64,000 bases of DNA from an uncultured Candidatus Saccharibacteria bacterium. Lineage in GTDB: Bacteria; Patescibacteriota; Minisyncoccia; Phycocordibacterales; UBA918. The notes beneath the pieces are model-generated. The model was not told the DNA's origin, did no database searches, and saw only the letters and a program-made list of their open reading frames with translations. The stretch is from the NCBI GenBank assembly GCA_964399295.1, contig CAYNQD010000001.1, forward strand, positions 399,672 to 463,671. Direction: 5' to 3'. Each line of letters begins with the position of its first letter. Position 1 is the first letter of the stretch. Positions 39,253-48,635 of the stretch are shown in pieces. Made by a program: the position numbers and the translations under genes.

Positions 39253-39634
39253 AACAAAACTGCTTGAACACCTCAAGGACTCCGGCAACGTCAGCTACGC
39301 CTGCAAGCGAGCAGGTATTTCTCGCGAAACCTACTACAAGTGGCGCAGGAGCAAAGTATTCGCTGAGGAAGCTGATGTGGCAATCGACCTTGGTAAAGAG
39401 TTTGTGAATGACTTGGCGCACACGCAACTCATTCAAAACATTCAGCAGGGACACATGGGTGCGGTGAAGTTTCAGCTGGCTAGCTGTCACATAGACTACC
39501 AAGCGAGAAAACCATGGCCTCGTGAACTACCAACTGCTCCGCCTCCAGTAACCGAGATTCATATCCATCCAGCCGAACCGATGGAAGTGCGAGAACAACA
39601 AGCGAAGAAGCGAGCGGAGGCTAAAGATCACTAG
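39206..39634 (+). CDS. HTH DNA-binding protein, phage terminase small-subunit-like
   Basis: 142 aa; SYACKRAGISRETYYKWRR helix-turn-helix typical of terminase small subunit/transposase-like HTH. Confidence 0.45.
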   Translation: MARKSSDPKERSKRFKTKLLEHLKDSGNVSYACKRAGISRETYYKWRRSKVFAEEADVAIDLGKEFVNDLAHTQLIQNIQQGHMGAVKFQLASCHIDYQARKPWPRELPTAPPPVTEIHIHPAEPMEVREQQAKKRAEAKDH

Positions 39635-40364
39635 CCAACACTTCAACAATATTCTTCCAGTCTGAGGTAGACATTCCAAAAGAAGTCGCGTGAGGGACCA
39701 CGGCATACAATGTGCCGTGGTTCTTTGCTATGTGGAGTTTCTTCGGAATGATTTCTTCAAACGGTATGCTTGCGATTTGTTGCCAATCTGAAAGATAAGT
39801 ACGTGAGTAGAAGAGGACGAGTTTTGGTTTATGCCTGTGTATCAATGCTTGGAGTTGGTGTGCTCGTCTTGGTTTGTATGTTTTTAGATACTCCTTGCGA
39901 GAAGCTAATCCCTCAATATTAAAATCACCATACAGCCAGTCTGCTTCTTTGATTGATTTAGACGGCAACGGCATGAGTTCCAAGACCGTGTGGTCGGATT
40001 TCTTTCTTCCGAATGAACCAATCTGAAACTGGCGAATTTCTTCGAGTGTTGGTTCTTTGCCTGTTGTTAGATATAGGTGAATGTATATGAGTGGTCGGTA
40101 TGTTTTCTGTGTCGGTGCATTGTCTGCAAACCAGCGTAAATGATCGGGGCTGGTCTGCATGTCTTCCACGATGTCGCAGACTATTTTGTCGCTGGTAGTT
40201 TTGAATCGCTCATAGAGTAGATTCATTGAACCATCAAAACCCTCTTCCATACCGACAAACCAAATATCACTTTCTAGATTGCCATAGCCAAAAAAGTTCT
40301 TGATTCGTTTTTGGATTAATATTTCAAAATCGTCTCCGTGAGGAGACTGGGTGTTGTCATTCAT
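39621..40364 (-). CDS. Hypothetical protein (possible paralog of 40675..41256; weak UDG-superfamily-like pattern)
   Basis: 247 aa; IWFVGMEEGFDG and C-terminal VVPHATSFG loosely resemble UDG motif A/B positions; low confidence. Confidence 0.4.
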   Translation of the reverse strand: MNDNTQSPHGDDFEILIQKRIKNFFGYGNLESDIWFVGMEEGFDGSMNLLYERFKTTSDKIVCDIVEDMQTSPDHLRWFADNAPTQKTYRPLIYIHLYLTTGKEPTLEEIRQFQIGSFGRKKSDHTVLELMPLPSKSIKEADWLYGDFNIEGLASRKEYLKTYKPRRAHQLQALIHRHKPKLVLFYSRTYLSDWQQIASIPFEEIIPKKLHIAKNHGTLYAVVPHATSFGMSTSDWKNIVEVLASDL

Positions 40365-40674
40365 TTTTCCCTACTAGGATTTAGTTGTGCGGAACCTTCA
40401 GGTAATCAAAAGGCTCCCAGCCATCGCGATCCAACCTTTCGGCCAGACCCATACCTGTTTCCAGATATGACCTAGTAGAGTGACTCTGACTGGGAGTCCT
40501 TTGATCTCTACTAGGTTTTTGCGCCATACCTTAGGAAACCCTAAGGGTTAGGCGACTATATTCAATTGTCGTACGAGTACATAATACCAAAATCGGTATC
40601 ATTTGGCACTTTAGCTTACATTCGGAGCTTTGCGAAGTAGCTGTTACCAACACATTCACGTATACTCTATAACC

Positions 40675-41256
40675 ATGTATTCCCGAGAAAAGTATGAGAA
40701 TTTGAAGGCAAAATATGGGGAATACGCCAGTTGGGCTATTTGGAATGAAAAAGACGAGCGTGATACTTCTGTTATAGATGCATCTTTTGAACAGCTATCT
40801 CCACATTATGTATTCATTGGTCTGAACATATCAGCTCCACTACGAGACTCTTCTTGGGCGAATTTTCGTGGTGGCAGACATGATCGAAAACTTAAGTACG
40901 CTTGCAACAATACTGCATTGCGTGGCTCATACCTTACTGATCTCTTTAAAGGAATACCTGAAGCAAAGTCATTCAAGGTAAAGGGGATGCTTACCAATGA
41001 CATCATTCAGGAAAATGTATCCTTCTTTCAAAACGAAATGGATGATATCGGATTGGACAAGGAATCTGTTCTTATCCTTCTCGGCGATTTAGCAACGCGA
41101 TATTTTGATGAACATTTTCGAAAACTCTTTACTAATTCGACCATAAGTTACCGCCACTACTCATCGTATGGAACCGATCGTGATTGGGTTGAGGGTTTAT
41201 GGAATCAACTTGATGTTGATGGCGATTTTGATTCTATCAAACTGAAAAGTAGTTAG
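40675..41256 (+). CDS. Hypothetical protein (divergent partner/paralog of 39621..40364)
   Basis: ORF track start 40630; Met at 40675 (MYSREKYENLKAK) plausible; YVFIGLNISAP...YLTDLFKG...H.SSYG pattern parallels upstream-divergent gene. Confidence 0.4.
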   Translation: MYSREKYENLKAKYGEYASWAIWNEKDERDTSVIDASFEQLSPHYVFIGLNISAPLRDSSWANFRGGRHDRKLKYACNNTALRGSYLTDLFKGIPEAKSFKVKGMLTNDIIQENVSFFQNEMDDIGLDKESVLILLGDLATRYFDEHFRKLFTNSTISYRHYSSYGTDRDWVEGLWNQLDVDGDFDSIKLKSS

Positions 41257-41275
41257 GCCAAAAATGAAACACTGC

Positions 41276-42685
41276 TCAATCTATCTTGTAGTAGGAATAC
41301 ATGTCTTTTAATTCCAGTCCTAAGCCAACCACATCCAGTCTATCCTTCCTATCATCAAAGAGAGCGTTGATTAAGTGTTTTCTCTCTCGATCAACAGCCA
41401 GATGTATTTGCCGGTGACAACGTGGACAGAGTGTCACATAGTTCGCAAGTACTTCGATAGAGTGAGAGAAATCATTTCTAAATTCACGAGGAATCAAGTG
41501 ATGTAATTCTAGATAATTTTTCCCATTTGCCTTTGCTGTAAAATAAATTGGACTACAATTATTCATGGTTTCCAGAGCACAAGTATATCCACTTTGAATC
41601 CTGGCTTGCCGCTTACGCAGGTTGTAAACAGCTTTAATTTTTTGCTTACCCTCTTCACTAGTTTCGTCAATATAGTCTTCAGCAATATCATGATCCTCAA
41701 CTTCAATCGAGTGATCCTCTACTCCCACCACATCTGAGATTGCCATCTCAATTTCCTCAAGCTCAAGAATTTCGACAAAGATTGGATCAAACACATTCTT
41801 GTTTTCCTGTAGGTAGGTCAAGACTCGATTTCGATCTATAGGAGCAATGGAGGTATTGTAATTGCCAACAAAAACCTCCGGCAGGTTTGCCATGTTTGGG
41901 TCTTTGGACCGGATAAGGAAAAGGGTTAGGAGGAACACTTTTGTCTCATCAAGGAGCATGTTGTGATTGAAGTTGCCACTTGGTTGGTACTTCTTCGATA
42001 TGCAACACGCAAAGGTTTCCGTGCTGATATTACTCTCAATGTATTGAGCTAACTCCTCACGCTCTTCTTCAGTTGATCGCAGGTAACCTATAAGAAAATC
42101 TGAGTCGTCATAAAAAGAATGGATGTAGAAGAATGGACTTCGAAGTGCCGTGCTTAGTGATTCAGATGTAAGCAATTGTTTTGCTGAGTCAGTAAGCAAT
42201 TCTTCGGTCACTCCATCGGTGCTCAGTAAAAATCCAAGCAGATCTTCTTTAACCCGGTAGACAATATAGTTTTTTCGGTTTGTGTAATATCCATTCAACA
42301 AGAACAGGTAGTTGAGTAACCACTTTTCGGCACTCTCAAAATCATTTTCTATAAACTGACCATAGAGTTGCCCTTTTGTGGTCCTGCTATATAAGTCATT
42401 TACATCCTTTCGAAAGAGCTTCGATTGGATCATGTTTATGACGTGATGCTTGTGCTTCTCCTGCCCGTGTCCCTGTCGAGGCCACTGATCTCTTGGCATG
42501 TTTTCTACCTCAAGAAAAGTAGTGAACGCATCAATGAATGCTTTCTGTGTTCTGAAGTTCGTGTTGGTGTATTCAAACATTCTTCCGGCAGCACCCTTAC
42601 CCAAAGAAGCGTGGTTTTTAAACCACTCTTGATTAGCATTTTTCTCTTTGTATATATCTACTAAACTCATGTGTTTGTTTCGCAA
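41276..42685 (-). CDS. HNH endonuclease-domain protein (putative restriction endonuclease)
   Basis: 469 aa; C-terminal LELHHLIPREF...VTLCPRCHRQIH HNH/zinc-finger motif; large N-terminal domain; operonic with two D12 MTases. Confidence 0.7.
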   Translation of the reverse strand: MRNKHMSLVDIYKEKNANQEWFKNHASLGKGAAGRMFEYTNTNFRTQKAFIDAFTTFLEVENMPRDQWPRQGHGQEKHKHHVINMIQSKLFRKDVNDLYSRTTKGQLYGQFIENDFESAEKWLLNYLFLLNGYYTNRKNYIVYRVKEDLLGFLLSTDGVTEELLTDSAKQLLTSESLSTALRSPFFYIHSFYDDSDFLIGYLRSTEEEREELAQYIESNISTETFACCISKKYQPSGNFNHNMLLDETKVFLLTLFLIRSKDPNMANLPEVFVGNYNTSIAPIDRNRVLTYLQENKNVFDPIFVEILELEEIEMAISDVVGVEDHSIEVEDHDIAEDYIDETSEEGKQKIKAVYNLRKRQARIQSGYTCALETMNNCSPIYFTAKANGKNYLELHHLIPREFRNDFSHSIEVLANYVTLCPRCHRQIHLAVDRERKHLINALFDDRKDRLDVVGLGLELKDMYSYYKID

Positions 42686-43677
42686 ATGAACAGAAGTTCT
42701 TTGTGGTCTTTAAAGTCCGTCTTGCCACTGTTGAAGAATTTGTGGGCTACCTCTTTACGCGTGACCTTACCCCTAGAGGAAAGGGTATCTACCAACTGCT
42801 CCTCAGTGATCTTATTGTTTGACGCACTGCTCTTTGCAGAGTAGGTATTATTGTAAGATACAACGATTATTTTTGCCTGCAAGTTATCGATCAGATCTTT
42901 GAACACTTGGGGGGCCTTTGCTCGTGAGTATTCGCTCTTTAGTTCGTCTCTCTTAAATTTCATGGATGTCCCCTCGAATTCTGTTGGTTTATTCCAACGG
43001 ACCAAGTTCTCTAGTACGTGATAGAAGTTTACATACTGACGTGCATTGTACGGCGGATCGATATATGCGATATCACAAGTGATGCTACGTACGAGCTTAT
43101 TAGCATCTATGTTGTGCATCATTGCCGTCCCTGTGAATTCCTCTAATTTTGGGAGGCGTAAATCCACACCTTTTTCTTCTGGAGCTTTTGAGAGAAAGTG
43201 CTCGAAGTGTCCCACTGTATTGGCGATTTTATCTGCGGTATACATGAGTGCAGTAAGTAAAATATACCGCTCTCGCTCGGTAAGTCGGGTATTTGCTATT
43301 CGTTCTCGCAGATATCCGATTTTCTTGGCATCCGGCTGAGAGAAGTACTTACCTCCGTATATTTTTGAGAAGTAATTTGCCTCCAAGTCATTGCCGTCTA
43401 TTGCATTGAATTCTGCAACGATCCTCTTGAGCTTCTCTTTGCTGTATTTTCCAGTACCAAACCACGCCTGGTATGCAATGTAATTCGATCGAAGGGTGTC
43501 GTTTACAATCACATCCATTCCTTTCTCCAGCATATAGTTTGCGACCACACCAGTACCAGCAAACAAGTCAGCGAATACCACCTTTCCGTTGCAGAAAGGT
43601 TCGATGCTGTCGTAAATGTTGTTCAAGAGAGAACTTTTACTTCCAGTATATCGTCTGTTGTTAATTAATAAGCTCAT
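42667..43677 (-). CDS. D12-class (Dam-family) N6-adenine DNA methyltransferase
   Basis: 336 aa; N-terminal RYTGSKSSL, DLFAGTG (motif I), DPPY (motif IV). Confidence 0.85.
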   Translation of the reverse strand: MSLLINNRRYTGSKSSLLNNIYDSIEPFCNGKVVFADLFAGTGVVANYMLEKGMDVIVNDTLRSNYIAYQAWFGTGKYSKEKLKRIVAEFNAIDGNDLEANYFSKIYGGKYFSQPDAKKIGYLRERIANTRLTERERYILLTALMYTADKIANTVGHFEHFLSKAPEEKGVDLRLPKLEEFTGTAMMHNIDANKLVRSITCDIAYIDPPYNARQYVNFYHVLENLVRWNKPTEFEGTSMKFKRDELKSEYSRAKAPQVFKDLIDNLQAKIIVVSYNNTYSAKSSASNNKITEEQLVDTLSSRGKVTRKEVAHKFFNSGKTDFKDHKELLFICETNT

Positions 43678-44602
43678 AATTCGTAATCAAAATTTCGCGC
43701 TCAGCCGCTTGTCGGTTGATCTTATTATAGCTAGCACTGCGGTAGTGGTAATTGATGTCCCAAATCTGCCAGTCATTTCGGTTAAAGGTGCGCACCCATT
43801 CCGATAATGGATTGTTGGTTGCGCCCACTTTAGTGAGTACGTTGGAAAGTGCAAACTTCTTCCCTTTCCTATCAAGAGCTTTTAATAGATCGATCAGTTC
43901 GTGTTCGGTTTCTTCTGTCCAATTTCCTGCCTCGTTGTAGACAGCATCCCCTACCAAGTATGGAGGATCAGCATATATAAAATCTGCCTTAAAGAGAATG
44001 TCTTGAATCTTTTTATCTCGGAAGTCGCCGCATATAAATTTGTAATTGATCTTTTGTACTCGATCTATGTACTGGGTTAGCTTTCGGATGTTGCTGTTAT
44101 TCAGATCGGTTTTCCCGACTGGCAAATTGAAGTCTCCGTCCCGATTAAATCGCATGTCATTGTTAAATGCATACACTACCAGCAAGTAAAGGAGATCGAA
44201 TGCTTTCTTTGAGGATTTATTTTTAAGAGCATTATAATCATCACGTAGTTTGTAGTACCCCTCTGAGTTGTATGCCTTGAGTCCGTTGTTGTCTGCTTTG
44301 GGAATACCTTGGCGGTATGTTTGATATCCGTACTTTGCAGAGTATGACAGTCCGTACTTTTCAACGAGTTTTTCTAGTCTCGGTAAAAGTTTTTCAATGG
44401 TTGAGACCGCTAAGTGTTGAAGCAGACCAATCACATTCTCGTTGTTGTCTATAAAAATAACTTTCTTTGCGTTTACACTTAGTCCTACTGTCGCGCCTCC
44501 GCAAAATAAATCTACAAATGTATCAACCTCTTTAGGAAATCGAGTTGCAAACTGTTCCATTAACCTTGACTTGTTTCCTGTGTAATTGAGTGGTGTTTTC
44601 AT
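43661..44602 (-). CDS. D12-class (Dam-family) N6-adenine DNA methyltransferase (second copy)
   Basis: 313 aa; NYTGNKSRL, DLFCGGA, ADPPY. Confidence 0.85.
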   Translation of the reverse strand: MKTPLNYTGNKSRLMEQFATRFPKEVDTFVDLFCGGATVGLSVNAKKVIFIDNNENVIGLLQHLAVSTIEKLLPRLEKLVEKYGLSYSAKYGYQTYRQGIPKADNNGLKAYNSEGYYKLRDDYNALKNKSSKKAFDLLYLLVVYAFNNDMRFNRDGDFNLPVGKTDLNNSNIRKLTQYIDRVQKINYKFICGDFRDKKIQDILFKADFIYADPPYLVGDAVYNEAGNWTEETEHELIDLLKALDRKGKKFALSNVLTKVGATNNPLSEWVRTFNRNDWQIWDINYHYRSASYNKINRQAAEREILITNYELIN

Positions 44603-44616
44603 AAATAAAATATTTT

Positions 44617-44814
44617 CTACCTCGCCTTTCGTGAGGTGCCATTCTCATATCGTCGAAGGAAACTATCGATATCAGACCGCTTAATTCGCCATTGTCCGAT
44701 TTTGAACGCCCTAAGCCTCTTCGCTTTAATGTAGCGCATAATCGTTCGATCACTTACTCTCAAAGTTCTCGCTGCTTCCTTTACGGTCAGTACTTTTTCA
44801 GCCATCATAGGCAC
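44617..44814 (-). CDS. Excisionase-family helix-turn-helix DNA-binding protein
   Basis: 65 aa; LTVKEAARTLRVSDRTIMRYIKAKRL MerR-like excisionase HTH; divergent from serine recombinase. Confidence 0.65.
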   Translation of the reverse strand: MPMMAEKVLTVKEAARTLRVSDRTIMRYIKAKRLRAFKIGQWRIKRSDIDSFLRRYENGTSRKAR

Positions 44815-44947
44815 TTTATATTATAGCTTACGCTGTCATGTTTTGTCCTATTTATTTGACCTCTGTAGGTGGATAACTTGTCCGACAAACACTTACCAAC
44901 ACTCTCCAAAACGGCACCTAGACTCCTAGGAGCCGTTGCGTCATTAG

Positions 44948-46240
44948 TTGTGTTGTATGGAAAAAACACAACAAACGGAGGTTCTACGGTACTGCCTCTA
45001 TGCACGCAAAAGTACCGAAGCGGAGGATAAGCAGGCTCTATCCATTGAGTCCCAAGTAAAGGAAATGCAGTCCTTAGCGGAGCGAGAGCAACTTAATATC
45101 GTGGAAACCAAGAGAGAGTCCCACTCCTCTAAAGAAGTAGGTCAACGTCCGGTATACAACCAGATGCTCAATGAAATACGCGAAGGTAAGTACAATGCCA
45201 TCCTTACGTGGGCACCAGATAGATTAAGTCGTAATGCGGGAGACTTGGGATCGGTGGTAGACCTCATGGACCAGAAGCTTCTGCATGAGATACGCACCTA
45301 CGGACAGAAGTTCACGAACAACCCAAATGAGAAGTTCCTGCTGATGATCCTCGGGTCACAGGCAAAGTTGGAGAACGACAACAAGGCGGTCAATGTGAAG
45401 CGAGGACTACGAACACGCTGTGAAATGGGATGGAGACCAGGAGTAGCTCCTACCGGATACTTGAATGAGAAGCATGTCGATAAGAAATGTCAGGTTCGGA
45501 TTGATCCGAAACGAGCACCCGTCATAAAGCAGATGTTTGAGAAGGTAGCGTACGAACACTGGAGCGGACGGAAAGTGTACCGATGGCTACGAGAGATTGA
45601 TTTCAAGACCCATCGCGGAAAGCCACTGGTGCTAGCGAACATTTATATAATCCTGAGAAATTCGTACTACCACGGTGACTTCGAATACCCTGTCGGAAGC
45701 GGACAGTGGTATACCGGCAAACACACACCGATTATAGATAAGGATTTATTCGACAAGGTGCAGATGACGCTCAATGAGAACTACATACCCAAGACTGAGA
45801 GCAAGGAGTTCGCCTTTACCAAGCTCATACGATGCGGATATTGCGGCTCAGGGATATCGGCTGATGAAAAATTCAAGAAGCTGAAGAATGGCGGTGTGAA
45901 TCGCCATGTCTACTACTTCTGCTCTAAGTCACGGAATATCGACTGCAAGAATCCTTATATCAACGAACCGAGTCTGATTGAAGAACTAATAGGTCTGATG
46001 GATACGGTAGACCTAGATGAGCTTGGAGTACGTGGCAGGATAGAAGATGAGATCAGACGGTTCAATAAATTCAGGTCGGGAGTACTGGGGCACAAACAAG
46101 ATAAGGTGGAGATAGATGTGGACGTACGAAACTATACAAAGTACCTACTGCGAGAAGGAACGCTACTAGAAAAGCGAGAACTGCTCGGATGCCTACAAAG
46201 CAAACTTTTCCTGAAAGATAAAAAGATTGGAATTGAGTAA
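44948..46240 (+). CDS. Large serine recombinase (resolvase catalytic domain + recombinase domain + zinc ribbon)
   Basis: 430 aa; catalytic YARKST near N-terminus; recombinase-domain and CGYCGS...C..C zinc-ribbon region. Confidence 0.85.
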   Translation: MCCMEKTQQTEVLRYCLYARKSTEAEDKQALSIESQVKEMQSLAEREQLNIVETKRESHSSKEVGQRPVYNQMLNEIREGKYNAILTWAPDRLSRNAGDLGSVVDLMDQKLLHEIRTYGQKFTNNPNEKFLLMILGSQAKLENDNKAVNVKRGLRTRCEMGWRPGVAPTGYLNEKHVDKKCQVRIDPKRAPVIKQMFEKVAYEHWSGRKVYRWLREIDFKTHRGKPLVLANIYIILRNSYYHGDFEYPVGSGQWYTGKHTPIIDKDLFDKVQMTLNENYIPKTESKEFAFTKLIRCGYCGSGISADEKFKKLKNGGVNRHVYYFCSKSRNIDCKNPYINEPSLIEELIGLMDTVDLDELGVRGRIEDEIRRFNKFRSGVLGHKQDKVEIDVDVRNYTKYLLREGTLLEKRELLGCLQSKLFLKDKKIGIE

Positions 46241-46265
46241 AAGAATAATCAAACCGTAGGATTCT

Positions 46266-47330
46266 CTATAACGTCGAAATATTCTTGACGAACTTTCTTT
46301 GTATAAAACCAATGTTCTGCACACACCACGTCACTATATAAATCCCCGCAACAATAAGTGGGTTATTGGATGTGATGAGCTTACGTGCCTGTTCGGTGAT
46401 ACGGATAACTTTGGTGGCCTTAGCTTTTCTTTCCCGTTGATACTCCAATACCGTGTTATATATCAACGCTGTTGCTAATGCCTGACCATCTTCAATACCG
46501 AGATTCATTCCGCGACCACCAACTGGAGAATGGGCATGTGCCGCATCTCCCGCAAGCACCACTCTGCCACGCATATACTCCTGTGCCTGTCGCACTGTTA
46601 TTTTAAACGTACCCGTACGACGCACATTCTTCACATCAAGTTTTATAGGGGATGCTTCCAGACTATTTGGTGTAGAGGAAATGAGACGTACTCGGTTACG
46701 CTCAATAGGTACCATAACCATTCCATCTCTATCTTTATGCTCACCTTCAAGAAGCCATGCGTTTAAGGAGTCATAGTCATGTTCAGCAGTAAGTTCAACG
46801 TCAGCTATTGACCATTCTTCTTCGAGTTCGTATCCATCGTATGGGATATTAAGAGAGCTTCGGACAATTGATCCAACACCATCAGCTCCGACAACCCAGT
46901 CGTAGGTTTTCTTTTCGCCACCATTAAATGTAACTTCCGCAGAAGTATCAGATGTTGTTACCGAATTCACTTTCGTACCAAAGCGTACTGAAACACCCAT
47001 GTGCTCTAATTGCTCGATCATAAGACTCTCCGTTCTGTTCTGCGCAATTCCGATGATAGTCAGCTCGTCACTCGGAAGCATTACGTCTATAAGCCGCTTA
47101 TGTCCTCGGTGTATATGCACCTTCTTCATGCGTATTCCTTCGGCAACAATGCGCTTTCCGACTCCAGTCCTATCAAGAATCTCAATACTTCGAGGAAGGA
47201 CAATAACCGCACGTGATTTCCACGACGGTTCGTCTTTTGCGTCCACAATTTCTGGCACAATGCCTTGCCGTGCCAATTCGAGTGCTACGGTGAGTCCGGT
47301 TGGACCTGCTCCTACGATTAGTACTTTCAT
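46266..47330 (-). CDS. FAD-dependent monooxygenase (UbiH/salicylate hydroxylase-like)
   Basis: 354 aa; N-terminal MKVLIVGAGPTGLTVALELARQG Rossmann/FAD motif; GDAAHAHSPVGGRGMNLGIEDG second FAD motif. Confidence 0.85.
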   Translation of the reverse strand: MKVLIVGAGPTGLTVALELARQGIVPEIVDAKDEPSWKSRAVIVLPRSIEILDRTGVGKRIVAEGIRMKKVHIHRGHKRLIDVMLPSDELTIIGIAQNRTESLMIEQLEHMGVSVRFGTKVNSVTTSDTSAEVTFNGGEKKTYDWVVGADGVGSIVRSSLNIPYDGYELEEEWSIADVELTAEHDYDSLNAWLLEGEHKDRDGMVMVPIERNRVRLISSTPNSLEASPIKLDVKNVRRTGTFKITVRQAQEYMRGRVVLAGDAAHAHSPVGGRGMNLGIEDGQALATALIYNTVLEYQRERKAKATKVIRITEQARKLITSNNPLIVAGIYIVTWCVQNIGFIQRKFVKNISTL

Positions 47331-47380
47331 TATGGTGTTATTTTAACACCTAGAGATTTTTTGGGGAGTTAATCTCACAA

Positions 47381-47956
47381 CTAGGACTTGTTCTTCAAGC
47401 GCAACTTTTGTTTAGCTAATTCTTCCTTAATTATTCGTACCGCCTTGGGGCCAACACCGTGAATAGCTAGTAGTTCTTTCTCGGTATATTTTGATGCTTG
47501 TTTGAGCGTATTGATTCCATTTACAGCTAATTCACGTGGTGCAACTTTACCCATAGTCTTTGGAAACTCACTTGTTTGCGACTCTTCACGTAAAACCTTC
47601 TCCATTGCCTTACCTTTTGCTAGTTCGTCAATAAGTTTGTCGAGATAGCGGACCTCCCGCATAAAAGAATCCTTTATTTCCTCGACACGCACGCCGCAAA
47701 CTACGCCTGTTATCTTTTTTCTTCGGGCGTTCATTTTTGGAGCATTTTTAAAGAACTCTCCAAAATTAGTCTCTTTCTTGAGTTGGGACTCAAGCCCTTT
47801 TGCAGTGTAGCCTGTCAGCCAATGAATAATCTGATCAACTTCTGCTTTCGTTCGCCCTTTTTTCTCTGCCTTCGCGATATAGAAAGGATAGACTTTTGCA
47901 AAAATCATCTTTCTCACCCGTTCGATGGTTTTTTTATCGTCTGCCTTCATAATCAC
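47381..47956 (-). CDS. DUF2200-like protein with C-terminal helix-hairpin-helix
   Basis: 191 aa; [29 protein letters not shown] resembles DUF2200; C-terminal [15 protein letters not shown] HhH. Confidence 0.4.
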   Translation of the reverse strand: MIMKADDKKTIERVRKMIFAKVYPFYIAKAEKKGRTKAEVDQIIHWLTGYTAKGLESQLKKETNFGEFFKNAPKMNARRKKITGVVCGVRVEEIKDSFMREVRYLDKLIDELAKGKAMEKVLREESQTSEFPKTMGKVAPRELAVNGINTLKQASKYTEKELLAIHGVGPKAVRIIKEELAKQKLRLKNKS

Positions 47957-48417
47957 TACTCATAATCAGCAATTACAATCTTCTTCTGACCCATCATAAT
48001 CTTGAAAGCATCGGGCTTCTTCATAAGCTCCTCTATATTCTCTGGCACCACCTGCCAACTCAAGCCAAATTTGTCCTTGCACCAACCACACTGTTCGTTC
48101 TCTGGATTAGCAGAAAGCTTCTCCCAATAGTAGTCGATCTCTTCTTGATCTTTGCAGTAAATAGCAAAAGATACTGCTTCGGTGAATTGAAACTCCGGAC
48201 CAGCGTTGATGGCTGTGAAGTGCTGACCATCAAGCTCAAACTCTACCGTGAGTGGTTTGCCCGCCATATCGAGCTGAAAATCAGCTAGACCTTCTTCAGC
48301 ACTGTTGGGGTAGTGGACGGTAGTAATAATTTTGCTGTTTGGGAACACAGACGTGTAGTATTCTGCAGCTTCTACAGCATTTCCGTTGAACCATAAGTTT
48401 GCGACGATTTTTTGCAT
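47956..48417 (-). CDS. VOC/glyoxalase-superfamily protein, PhnB-like
   Basis: 153 aa; [14 protein letters not shown]...FGLSWQVV pattern of PhnB/3-demethylubiquinone-MTase-like domain. Confidence 0.7.
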   Translation of the reverse strand: MQKIVANLWFNGNAVEAAEYYTSVFPNSKIITTVHYPNSAEEGLADFQLDMAGKPLTVEFELDGQHFTAINAGPEFQFTEAVSFAIYCKDQEEIDYYWEKLSANPENEQCGWCKDKFGLSWQVVPENIEELMKKPDAFKIMMGQKKIVIADYE

Positions 48418-48459
48418 AGTATAAAAATGATTGGCTGATAATATATTTAGTTTAACAGA

Positions 48460-48490
48460 AAAGACCGCTCTTTTGGAGCGGTCTTTTCTG
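48460..48490 (-). terminator. Rho-independent terminator (bidirectional-capable) for the 1256-aa surface protein transcript
   Basis: AAAGACCGCTC-ttttg-GAGCGGTCTTT hairpin with flanking T runs on both strands. Confidence 0.7.
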
Positions 48491-48566
48491 TCTGGTTACC
48501 GGACTCACCGGGTATGCAATGTGCGGAATAGTACCTATGCGTCTCAGTCACTTGACTTAGCATATG

Positions 48567-48632
48567 GCTGCTGCCGCAGAAGGACTCGAACCGTCTCGGT
48601 CTAGAACCAAAATATAGCTTAAAATATAGACT
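48567..48632 (-). repeat. tRNA-3'-end-derived repeat copy B
   Basis: Minus strand ...GGTTCTAGACCGAGACGGTTCGAGTCCTTCTGCGGCAGCAGC; abuts stop of 48636..52406 gene, same position as copy A relative to its paralog. Confidence 0.7.
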
Positions 48633-48635
48633 TTT

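Larger units (their letters stand above)
37170..46250 (+). mobile_element. Putative integrative (mobilizable) element / defence island: ParB-MTase, 3 further MTases, HNH endonuclease, excisionase-like HTH, large serine recombinase
   Basis: Block with higher apparent GC and phage/plasmid-type genes bounded on the right by a large serine recombinase gene; exact att sites not identified. Confidence 0.5.

Noticed and set aside
36940-46260. Defining exact att sites and core dinucleotide for the serine-recombinase element
   Set aside because: No convincing short direct or inverted repeat pair was found at the presumed ends by eye. The boundaries are therefore given only approximately.
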